Position numbers and translations under genes: made by a program. Positions 23,166 through 34,670 of a stretch of DNA of 64,000 bases are shown here, in pieces. Where the stretch lies: contig MU004199.1 in NCBI GenBank assembly GCA_010093605.1, positions 62,001 through 126,000 on the forward strand. Direction: 5' to 3'. Position 1 is the first letter of the stretch, and the number at the start of each line of letters is the position of its first letter. A model generated the notes under the pieces. It did no database searches. It saw only the letters and a program-made list of their open reading frames with translations, and was not told the origin of the DNA. This stretch comes from Lophium mytilinum. Lineage: Eukaryota.

Positions 23166-24545
23166 ATGGCATCTATGTCCTCAAACGCCGGCGACCTCTT
23201 CAGCGTCAATGGCCTCATCGCAGTTGTGACAGGCGGCGGCACGGGTAATTCTTTCCGCTACTACTTCTCAAACTCACTCGAAACGAAGCTATAAATTATG
23301 CTTCATATAGTAACGCGTCATATAGGAATTGGCCTAATGATAGCTAAAGCCCTCGAAGCTAATGGCGCCACTGTCTATATCGTCGGCCGGCGAAAAGAAG
23401 TCCTGGAAAAAGCTGCTGGTGAAGCTGTACGCCCCCTTCATCTTCCTTCTCATCTCCCACGGGCCTCGCACCCCTAGCTCATATTCGACCTAAAAGAAGA
23501 GCGGCAACATCATCCCCCTCGTTGGCGACGTAACATCGAAGTCCGACCTCGATCGCATAGTCTCGATCATCGCCGAGAAAACAGGCTACCTCAATCTTGT
23601 CGTCGCCAACTCCGGCATCTCAGGCCCCAGCATCCATGGCCTGGCACGCGACGCTTCGGTTTCCGCCTTCCGTTCGTTTCTGTGGGAGTCCGATTCTGAC
23701 GCTTTCACGAAGACGTTCGCAGTCAACAATACGGCAGTGTTTTACACGGTAATTGCATTCCTCGAGCTTTTAGATAAGGGAAACAAGAAGGCGAATGTGG
23801 TGCAGAAGAGCCAGGTGAGTAGTGTTCTAGAAGCCCGGAAACAGCTATGAGTGGTATCTTGACTTTAACGCCAGCAGGTGATCGCTACAAGCTCGATTGG
23901 GGCGTTCAATCGGGTACCCTTGGCCGGATATGCGTATGGAAGTAGCAAGGCAGGGGTGGTGCATCTGATGAAGCAATTTGCGACGACTTTGGTGGAGTAT
24001 GACATTAGAAGTAATGTTATTGCGCCAGGATGTGAGTTTGTCCAATCTGTTTATTCTCACAGCACGAGGTCACAAGCATGGGCACACGGAATCATCGCTA
24101 CTTGGCTCCAATCTTGCACACTTGTCACCACTGTGAGGAGCGCCCCAGCTAGCTCAGAGCGCGGGCGTCATGAGGCAGTCTGGATTGCACTCCTTGGGGC
24201 TTGACATCGCGCCTAGGATTTTGAAAATCCATGGGGGTACTCCAGACAGTGGTAAACCCGTGTGCAAAGATCTGTGACTTTCGCGGAATTTCTCTATATC
24301 GAAGTAATTCGATGGTGCTGACGATTTCATGGATAGATTATCCGTCTCAGCTTACGGAAGGAATGCTAAAAGCAAAGGAAGAAACAGGATTCACGAAGGC
24401 TGAAGTGCCGCTACAGCGTGCTGGGAATGAAGATGATATGGCTGGCGTGATTTTGTTCTTAGCGTCGAGGGCTGGGGCGTATATCAATGGGAACGTGGTG
24501 GTTACGGATGGAGGAAGGCTGAGCGTTTTGCCGGCTACTTACTGA
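23166..24545 (+). CDS. Short-chain dehydrogenase/reductase, multi-exon
   Basis: VVTGGGTGIG (spliced), LVVANSG, YGSSK catalytic YxxxK, RSNVIAPG, GAYINGNVVVTDGG. Confidence 0.9.
24060..24287. mobile_element. MITE copy 3, inside the last SDR intron
   Basis: CAGCACGAGGTCACAAGCATGGGCAC...CCAATCTTGCACACTTGTCACCACTGTGAGGAG...GAGGCAGTCT...CTTGACATCGC...GTGCAAAGATCTGTGAC, collinear with copy 1. Confidence 0.7.
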
Positions 24546-25328
24546 TCGCAGAGTTCACGAAGAGGCCGGCAATGTAACCCAAGGCGCAGAAGCATTCGAG
24601 AAGGACGTGTGAACATGCCATGGCACGTTGGCTTACATCGGGAATGGCAAATTCATAGAATCTGAGAATATTACCGTTAGATACTGCTGAATACGGGCGC
24701 AGAGGGGTGCCTGCTCATAGCTGGTGAATAAAGCACTCACGTGTCACTCTAGGGCTTGTGCACGGTGTACGTGTAACCATACTTACGCAAGCCCAGAAAG
24801 GCAATAATACGACAAGCTGGACGCCTTCCCCCTTCCAGTCCACGCTAGCAGTCCACGCTAGCACTCCGCGTATAAGGGCTTTGATATCCGTCTTATAGTA
24901 TTAGAAGTTGGCTCAAAAGAACTGAAGTAAGTTGGTGTCTTAGAAAATGAGCAACGTGTCGCAATACGCGTTCGACCCATGTAAATATCCGAAGAAACTA
25001 GATCCCGCTAGCCATATGCGACTTAGTGTATCCCTTTTCAACCTCATCACAAACACTGTGTCACAAACACTGAAACACGATCTACCGCCTTCCACTTTGC
25101 AAACTCCTCTAAGTCGTGTTTGCAACCGTTCTTTGTCATGTTCCAGTTCGGTGGTTTGCCCCCCCAAAAGGGCAATGGACCGTCTGAAGCCCGGGCTTCG
25201 TTCATCAGCTTCTTTGGCAATCAACCCCCCCTGTAAGCTCTTCGTATAACTTCTCCCATCTGTTCCTATCCATTCGGCTTGGAGCCATCTATTTTTGACT
25301 CCCCATTCGCTCTTCCAGCTTTCTAATC

Positions 25329-27165
25329 ATGAAGTCGGTCAGGAACACCACCGGCACCTCCAAACTTCCGTCAATGGCCGAAGATGATTTTGAGTTTGGC
25401 ATCTACAAAGCCCATTTCCGTAGTGGCAATGTAGCGTCTGGCCCACATGATGCTGCCGAAGAACAATTGCGGATGACACCGCTATTTTCTTGGCCCGTTA
25501 AAGACTTGATGAAGAAGCGTGCTTCGTCCCGACCGTTCAAATTCGGCGCCGCTCCGGCGAAAACCGCATTCGCCGACTTTGCCCAGTACGCGTACATGGG
25601 AAGTGTTGTCTCCAACACTATCTTAAAGACCGTTTCCGTGCCAGTGGGGTTAGATACGCCTGACGACTCTCAGAATGGCGACGCTGTAGAGGACTTGGAG
25701 GCTCCCATGAGAGCTGTATCCTTGCAAGCGGCCCACACGGACGTACTAAAGCCGTCTGTAAAAGAGCTTTTCAATCCTCTCTTCCTGAATACGAATACCC
25801 CATGGTCAGCCTTCATTTGTGGCTCTCAAGGAAGCGGCAAGAGCCATACTCTAGGCTGCATGCTCGAGGGCTGTCTCAGCAATAACTCAAAGATCGGAAA
25901 ATTGCCTCATCCATTAGCGGGAATGGTGTTTCATTACACCAAATCAGCTGGCGCTCCATGCGAGGCGGCGGGGGTTCATTCCGGGAATGTTAAGACTACC
26001 GTGCTGTGCTCCCCAACCAATCTAGCGGCAATGAAGAGCTTGTACCGAGCTCAGCCTGGAGCAAGTGCTCACTTGACCGTTGAGCCTCTGTATCTCGAAT
26101 CAAGTCACCTAAACATCCAGCGCATGGAGAGGCTGATGGCGTTTTCTGATAATGAAAAGGACCCGCCATTGTATATGCAGGTATGAATTCATTCACATAA
26201 AAATCCAGTGACTCGGTGTCATACCTCAACGATACTAACGTCTTCTAGACCGTTCGAAAGATCCTCAGGGGTATGGCTGCGCGCATCAACGCTGGGCTGG
26301 GAGAATTTGACTATGATGACTTTTCCAAACTTATCGACGACGAGGACTTTGACAATAAGCAGAAAGGTCCTCTCCGTCTTCGTCTAGACATCCTCGAGAG
26401 CTTCATGGCTCCGAGTCCTAAGCCAAAGAAGACCACAGGTCCTTCCGGAGGTTCGAAAAAGGGACAGACGGGGAGCGTTCCTCCACCTCCGCCACCAAAA
26501 GCCACGACGATGGCTACAAAGAACATCTTTGTAGGGAGCCCGGGTACTTTGACTGTGATCGATCTTACGGATCCGTTCCTTGATACAGATACCGCATGCC
26601 GGCTCTTCGAAATCTGTCTCTCGGAGTTCCTCGACAAGACGGACTGCGGCAAGGTGGTCGCTTTAGATGAAGCCCATAATGTAAGATTCAGCCCTACATA
26701 CGTCAAGTGTTCATACTAACCCTTGAGTAGTATATGTCCACCAGCGCACCTGGGGCAGATATCTTCACCGAGAAGCTTCTTCACACCATCCGCGAACAGC
26801 GTCACAATGGGGCCCGTACCATAATATCGACACAAGAACCAACAATATCTTCCAAACTGCTTGACTTGTGTTCTATGACATTCGTCCACCGCTTCACATC
26901 TCCCGCTTGGTTCGCGACCATCAAAGCTCACATTGGCGGAACTTCGGCCGCGGCTATCGGCAGCGAGGGACAGAACAGAATGTTCGAGGAGATTATGGCA
27001 CTCAAGCTTGGAGAGTCTTTACTTTTCTCACCGACCGCGGCGATTAGGGTCGAGAATGACGAGGTCGAGACCATGAAGGGTGGTCGTGTGAAGTTCAAGA
27101 CGAGGCCCAGGATTAGCCATGATGCGGGAACCAGTGTCTTGGCCAGCAATTCGAGACAGAAATAG
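25329..27165 (+). CDS. P-loop ATPase of HerA/FtsK/VirB4-like type, 3 exons
   Basis: Walker A GSQGSGKS; Walker B VVALDEAH; REQRHNGARTIISTQEP. Introns 26181-26248 and 26681-26730. Alternative start at 25374. Confidence 0.8.
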
Positions 27166-27404
27166 TGGTTCCGATTGGACAGCATGGGGCTACAAAGCAC
27201 GAAACACAGAATGTACATACTTTAGTCTCGGTTAGCTTTGGGGCGGAAACTTGTCAGTATGGACCTTCAATGATTGGTTGAAAGCCGCATAAAGCTAAGC
27301 AACTAGCTCAATATTCACACAGAGCTCCGGTTCTATTTGGAATTGCTAAAAATGTGCAAATTCATCAATGCTTGAGGCCGTTAACTAGTCCTATACCTTG
27401 TAAT

Positions 27405-27540
27405 CGTTCACAGATCCGGGCACACGAACTCGTTACTGCTCAGCTCCAATCTTGCTCACTTAACACCACTGTGAGGGGTGGCCCGGCTGATTAGTAGCCA
27501 GTGAGCCAAGGAGTAGTCTAATGCTTACTGCCTGGAAAGT
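27405..27540. mobile_element. MITE copy 4 (right-truncated)
   Basis: GATCCGGGCACACGAACTCGTTACTGCT...CACCACTGTGAGGGGTGGCCCGGCTG...GTAGTCTAAT matches the left part of copy 1. Confidence 0.7.
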
Positions 27541-28014
27541 ATCATTGCACACAGTCACGTAAAACCTCATGGCGTAACAGGAGAGAACTGTGGAAATAAA
27601 AACTAATTTTAGAAGCAGCCACAGACTTCCTCCGCAAGGCTAAGTCGTTGGCAACGCAGATTCGCGATGCATGTCTACCTCAACAATTCTACGTATGTAA
27701 GTACAAGCACCCCAGCCCATTTCAGGAGACCACTTGCATTTAAACTAAACCCTTCGCACGCTTCCCCCTACAATATTTTCCGTATCTTTTCGTGTATGCC
27801 TGCGAGTCAATTTCGGCCTCGGATCAACGAGGCTGAACTACGCTACGGCCTCTTCTCGAGCAAGATTGGCCGCCTTTGTCCTGCCGCCTGCAAGCCACAT
27901 CCAGAAAACACACAGACCCTACGAGCTCAGCCCCGCGCCACTAAATACATGTTGTCATAAGAGCTACCGTCTCCCACCTCGAGCGAGCAGCAGCCTTGGT
28001 CCTCCGAAGACACC

Positions 28015-29185
28015 ATGGCGGCGGCGACTACGGTATCCGGAATCCAAATCGTAACAGATCCAGGCTCCATCAGCGCCTATAATCGAGGCCCGATCACGAC
28101 GGCCTTCGTCCCTCCGCCTTCATGTCTTGCAACGCTCACACTAGCTAGCGCAGGGGCGGATTTGTACGTCGGACATAATGGCGCTTCCTATATTGATCTG
28201 TCGTGCTATCCTCACGGAACTATGGCCGCTGCGGATTTAGTGACTGATAGCTCTTGGAACATATACTACTGTAAGTGATTCACGTATCCCTCCTATGTTC
28301 CCATTCCTAAAAGCTAACACAAGCAAAGACAGCCCTGCGATCTGCCCTTCTGGTTGGACCGAAGCAACCACTTTCTCTTCTCTTAGTCAAGCTAACCCCA
28401 GCAGTGTTTGGTTCTCCATCGAATCAAACACAAACGTTGCGTTATGCTGCCCCAGGTCTGGACCCTCCTTCCGTCGTCAATTATACATATATGCGCTTAC
28501 ATTTTAACGCAGTGAATACAACTACTTCTCTGGTCTCGGCCACCAATGCACCTCCCAGATAACCCAGAATCAAATAGTTCAGTACGTCTTCGCCACCTTC
28601 AACGGCGCGAGCGGGTACGACCGCGGGACTGTGTCGACGAGCACGTTCGCCTCGGATGCTACCGCCTGGGGCGATGGGGTGCCGATCTGGTGGCAGAATT
28701 CGGATGATGCCCTGCTTGCTGCGGCTTCTACGATGCTTCCTTCGGCTTCTTCGTCAACAGTTCCTACTACTGGTCTCGCAAGTACTGGTGGCACAGCTCG
28801 ACCATCCGCCACGACGTCCATCCCATCTTCTACGGCCGCCACTAGCGCTAGCTCGACAGCTGTCCCAGGCGTGGGTGGACTTTCGACTGGTGCGAAGGTC
28901 GGGCTTGGTGTCGGGATACCAGTGGCTATTATAGCTGGGCTAGCGTTGGGGTATCTGCTCTTCCGCAGGCGGCAAGGGAGAGGAACACCCTATGGTGGCG
29001 CCACAGACGTGCAGTTGGGAAAGTATAGGCACAATGCGCCCCCTGGACCCTATTATGACGGCCAGCAGCCGCCGAATCAACCTACGCATGAGATATACTC
29101 GCAACCGGAGCCGTATCATAGTATGCATGAGCTTCCTTCGACGACTCAGCAGCGGAGTGGAGATGTAGGGTTTCAATATCGGTGA
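28015..29185 (+). CDS. Single-pass membrane protein (Cys-rich N-domain, Ser/Thr stalk, Mid2-like TM), 3 exons
   Basis: GPITTAFVPPPSC...SCYP...SPAICPSGW...LCCP; TM LSTGAKVGLGVGIPVAIIAGLALGYLLF followed by RRR; cytosolic HEI/HELP motifs. Confidence 0.8.
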
Positions 29186-29405
29186 TTTGCGGTGAGGATA
29201 GCTAGAGTCATGTTGGAGGCAGTAATAGGATGCTCTAGAAGAACCAATGAAAAGCAAGATATTGGGTTGAAAAGAACGATTCCTTGACGGAGGTCAGAAA
29301 GGTCATGTGATCAGTTACTTGCACGACCTCATTGCCGACTCTTTCCGTTTTCAAAGTATGTTAGAAGCTCCCTCCTCCTACTCATACACACGCCCCTTCC
29401 CATGC

Positions 29406-31954
29406 TTAACAATCCACACCCGCCGGCCCACCCGCACTCTCAATGGCCCGCCCCACACACCCCTTCTTGAACAGCAAATCAATATTGAACTTCGCCAGAT
29501 ATTCGGTATCGTATTGCCCCAGATTCGCAGCCGAGCCGTCGCCCTGCACGCTGTGGTTCTCCCCAAAGCCCCAGCTAGTCACGCTCGTCGGCGTGCACCC
29601 ATTGATCTCATCGTGCAGTTTCTTGCCGCCGTCAGTGATCCACCCGTTGCTGTAGATCTCGAAATGCACGAAGCCGATTCCGGGCGTGCGTTGGCAGGAG
29701 GCGGCGACCTTTTCGTAGGGATTGGAGATCTGGTCGGTTGTGCTCGATGTACAGCATTCATCCCAAATCTTGGAGTCTGGGGCAACGTTAGTTGTTGTGT
29801 ATGGAGAACGCGGAATAGGGGATGTGGAATCTCACTGCCAGAGTCGTAGAGGCACCCGTCGCTGACGTCGAAGTACACGTCGCCATAGTTGGCGGGCCAT
29901 TGTGCCTGAAGCTTACAGCCTGGTTGGACATTTCCAGCCATCGAGTTAGTCTTGTCGAAGTTGCCGTAGATGGCGGCGTTTGCGTAGGGCTGGTTCGTGT
30001 CTGCGACGTCTGGAGAAGGCTACTGTTAGGCTCGCTTCTTAAGATGGATGCTGAAGACAGCACTTACTATACTTGGAGTCAAAGGTAGAGTCGCTATCAC
30101 ATCGTGGGCTTCCGTTGATGCTTGCACAGCCGTTTTTCACGTGCTTGACTGGGTGTTAGTAATTGCGAGTGGGAAGAGAACCAAGGGGGACTTACGACAG
30201 CCGTTCCAGCTGGGTTCGGTATTGGCGTGCTCGTAGGTTGGCAGTTCACATCGTTCGAGCAACCATTTTTGATACAGATCGCACCATTCCGAGTAACGGT
30301 GGTTGGGGGCTCTGAGCAGGTAGGTATGCAAGCTTTACCGTCGCCGAGAACATCCATGCCGTAGGTCTGCTTGCCGAGGCCCTTGTTGAATAAGAGCTCG
30401 ATGAAAGTGTTCTCTGCCAGACAAATCAGCACTAACGTTCTTCCTTGATATCTCACGCTTCGCAGTGGACGACTTACTTGCTCCGGCCGGTGCGGTCCAT
30501 TTGATCGCATCCCCAGTCTTGCCACTGGAAACGATGTTTGTAAAGCCTCCGTTCCCTTGCGGGTCAATAACGACCTGCCAATTCTGTACATTCTGACCGG
30601 GATCTCCACCGAAACCAGAGTCAAACACTGCATTCCAATTCGTCCCGGCATTGTCGGCAGCGGGGACATAAATTCTGATGGAAGGGGCCTTTGCATCGGC
30701 AGACACTATTGCATGGGCCGTTGGAGTCGCATAGCCTTGAACACATGACGGAGTGATTGTCGGGATAATGGCAGTAACATCAGGTGCCGCTCCCTCTGCA
30801 GACTTTGAAGGTGACGGTGAACTGGAGTGAGATGTTTTCTTGGTCGAAGACAGGGGAGGCAAAGTTTTCGTCCCAGTTGGCGTATGACTAGGCGAGCTAG
30901 ATGAATGTGATGACGAGTGAGATGATTTTGACGAATGCGTTGTCTTTGATTGCGTGGTAGAGACTGGCGAGGAAACAGACGAAGAGGAGGATTTGGTCGA
31001 TCGAGAACTGCTGGAAGATACTGAGCTACTGGACGCTGATCCCGTCGAACTTGTACTGCTCATGGATCCAGTCTCTGTCTCGTCGGTAATGATTATGGTG
31101 GTGGCAAAGAAGTTCTGGTCCATGGTGATATATGATTCGGATTGAGTCCCGATATCTGCCTCCTTGGAGGAGAGCATGATAGTGACAGTCTCGGTGATAG
31201 TCGGGATCGAGTTAGATTTAGTAGAAGATGATGAAGAGGATCTCGAGGAAGATTTTCGGGACTTTGAAGAGCTGGGCTTGTCAGAAGGCTTGCTCGTTGG
31301 CTTATCATGATTATCCTCATCCACTTCGTCAGGTTCCGGATATGCCTCCCTGTTTACGTTAGTACTTAAACCATGCTTGTATTTCGACAAGTTAGACACT
31401 CACAAGACGAGCCAGGCAGCAGCGGAAGCCAGAACAGCTTCCGAAGCAAACGGGAAAACGACCACACCACCACCGAAGAGAAGAACGGGAAGGTCGAGTG
31501 GTGCTCCAAGGAAGAGTAGACCCAAAAGCGCAAGAGGGGCTAAGTCAGTCGCATCAGGGTAGTCAGATCTGTGGGCTGCCGGAAGTTTGGTAGTTGTGAA
31601 CCCGACAGACTCGGTAGGGTTGGCCGGATTAACAACGACGAACCCGCCACTACCGCCGCTGGACGTTGGTTTCGGTGAAGGAGATACCACTCCAAAGCTG
31701 AAAGGGATCGTCGAGGTGACCGTCGGAACAATGAAGTGAACGGAGCTGCTGGTAGTTGTGATTACTGCGCTGCTAGACCTGCTCCTGGTTCGACTAGACG
31801 ATAAGGATGTGCTCAAAATGGTACTCGAGTTCGTTCGGGAGAAGGAGGGGCTAGAACTCGAGGAAGATGAAGCGCCGGAGGGCGAGAAAGAAAATGAGGC
31901 GGCATGAGTGATAGCTGGAAGAGCTAGCAATGCGTAGGAGATAAATGTCTTCAT
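29406..31954 (-). CDS. Large secreted multi-domain protein (~750 aa, ~6 exons), function unknown
   Basis: Signal peptide MKTFISYALLALPAITHA; Ser/Thr tracts; internal hydrophobic segment; Cys-rich modules; C-terminal GW...GC...W.F...GCVGRAIESAGGP module. Five introns splice into a continuous frame. Confidence 0.75.
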
Positions 31955-32982
31955 GATGAGTTTCGGAATAGGAAAAGCAAGACAATCTGAGAGAAGTGAT
32001 TGAGGACTTCCGTGGCAGTCGTTACTTATATCACTGCTCTCGAGGTGATGCTCTAATGTAATACAGCCTTACGCCAAGCTTACGCAGCGAGAGACAAAAC
32101 ATATGAATTTCTATATTGGGGTCTACTTTCTCACATCATGCGGATACGGCTGAAGTGTTGCTTTGCTTCTCGTGCTTGATTTGGGTGTGGATCTGAAGTG
32201 TGGAGAGGTCGCAAGGGAAACGGAACGATGCGGAGCTTAGACCCTTGAGATGAAATTGTTGGCTAACCCGAAATGAGCACTCAGTAATCCGGGGCCCACA
32301 GGATCGTGAAACGTTCCCTTCAGCCTCAACCCAGATCAAGCATACTCCATGATCGGTCATTTGAGACAGTGGGGCCACGAAGTATGAAATGCGGCAGAGG
32401 CGTGATGGGGGCCGCCCTCCCGCTGCAAGGGGCACATCTCCTCGCGCTTATTCACCAGCTTGCATCTGCGTTAGCCAATTATGGTAAGTTACAGCGGCGA
32501 ACGAACCACAAACCGGCCAAAGCGGCATGCTATTCCAAGACCACGAGGCTTGGATGCTGATTGACCAGTCAAGTACAACATGGTACACGCCCATTTTTAT
32601 CTCGTACCTGCATCCGCGTAATTAATCGTGCCTACGAGATCTCCAGGGACTGGCCGTCGTAACCAATGACAATGGAACAGTCAACACACAATACTCGATT
32701 TGAAATGCTAAACTCCACCTAACAGTCAGCCTTGCGGGACTTTGGGGCGGTGGTACTGTCATTTCCCACTCGTGTCACCGTCCAGGTTCTGCATCAATCA
32801 TCATCACGTTAATGGGGCCATGAGTGAGATGTCTCTGCCGATGTAAAAAATAGGTAAATATGGTTGGAAGAGTTCAGTGAACACTTTCAACCTCGTAGGC
32901 GCATGATAAATAGAAAGAGCCGCTCACTGCACTTCAATCTTTCATTCTAGCATTATTGGGCCTTCCGTCTCTTGTCTTCACT

Positions 32983-34513
32983 ATGATTTCTTCCTTAATT
33001 TTACTTCCTGTCTTCTTTTGGCATGTTACCTCTCATCCCCATTACGTCCCACGCGAGAACAAAGAAACCGGGAAACCTACCACTCTCGCCGGAAGTCTAT
33101 GTGCCTCGCCATCTTGCACAGTCACTCCAACCTCCCTTTCTTCCCTAGTCTTCACCGCTTCTCCAGTCACTGTAAAGCCGCCTGGTGCCGAATCCTCCAT
33201 CACCGTCTCTTTTGACCCGGTTACTACAAAATCATTCCAGCCAGAGACAACCGTACTTGCCAACACTGATACCAAAGGAACCCTCACCCTCGGTAAAGCT
33301 ACTGTCACAGGTCTTAAGGCAACTGCTACAGCAACATACAACCTCTCCCCAACAGAAACATCCCGAGTGGTAGTCGTCGCTGAAGTCGAGGCCACCACCC
33401 AGCTCTATTTCGGCACCTCCGACGACGATAGCACCGGTGGCTCTTGTCCGATCGACGGGCCTTTCTCCCACAACGAAAGACGCGATCTCAACTTCCACCG
33501 ATCTCTCAGCAAGCGAAGCGTTCGAATCGCCGACGTGACTAACAGCGACGGTAGCAATCGCGGGCCGCTAATTCAGAGCATGATAGCCGACGCTTTAACT
33601 GTTCTCCATGCTGTTGATGAGAAGTTGGATAGCTATAACGGGAACTATGCTGGCGTTACCGACCTTGGGTAAGCTCAGCTTCACACCCGAAAGTTGGACA
33701 ACTCCACGGCCGACTAACATCGTGAACATAGGTTGACGAGATGGTTCCCTATAAGCCAATTCGGCCGCCTCCACAACATGGTCAAAGCAGAGCTGCGTGC
33801 GCTAACTAACACCAACACCATCGACCCCGACAACATCCTCACGACCTGGACGACCATGGAGTCGCGGCCCGGCTCGCGCGACCGCAACTGCCGCAGCGAA
33901 GACGGCGCCGAGGGCATCCAAGCCGAAACCAGTCACCGAGAGCTCTCGCTCCCCCCAGCGCCCGGCCAGTCGGATTCGGAAGTGTGTCCCGGGGCTTGGG
34001 TTCTCGTCTGCCCCAAGATCATTAAGAACTACCATTCGCTGGCTATGCCGAAAGACTTTTGCACCAAGAAGAATCCACTAACACGGCAGACGGTGAACAA
34101 GAAGCTGCTCAACACCGACCAGTACAACTTCGATATTGGGATCGGCACTGGCGCGCGCATGGTCATTCACGAGCTCACTCACTTCAGGGACTTGTGCAAA
34201 ACGGTGCCGGGGTGGGATTTGGGGGACAATGATAAGCCTGTCGCGTACGTTATACACCGCGTCTCTTGAACGAAAGTAACTTTGCTAATGGAGGGTTCAA
34301 TTTAGATGCAACTCAGGCGGGGACTACACCTCGGAAGTCTACAAATACGACGAGTTGAAAGCGCTCAAAGCTTGCTATGAGACTAACCCGGCTGCGGATT
34401 GCGGCGGGCATCCAGGGGATATGGCGATCTTCAATGCGGAGAACTACACTCTGGCTATCATGGAGTGGTACATCAGGAACCTATGTGGCTGGAATACAGG
34501 CAAGAATACTTAG
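32983..34513 (+). CDS. Secreted zincin metalloprotease-like protein (M35/aspzincin-like), 3 exons
   Basis: Signal peptide; Thr-rich pro region; dibasic LSKR site; VIHELTH (HExxH), downstream Asp (GDND) and NAENY motif. Introns ~33669-33731 and ~34245-34305. Confidence 0.75.
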
Positions 34514-34670
34514 AGGATTAGTCGCTGGATGGGATGGTAGGTGATACTGTATTTTAGTCGGGAGGAAATTTAGGACTGCGTCGTACTCCGCGGTATGCCT
34601 GAGCCAATGGAGATCTTTGACGTAGACTATACTCAATTTTTTGGATCCAAGTCCCATGTATGCTTTTCCT

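Noticed and set aside
15597..24545. Secondary-metabolite cluster (MFS, sulfatase, SDR)
   Set aside because: No PKS, NRPS, terpene synthase or pathway regulator in the window.
24836..24861. 13-bp tandem duplication CAGTCCACGCTAG x2
   Set aside because: Two copies only; consistent with a simple slippage event.
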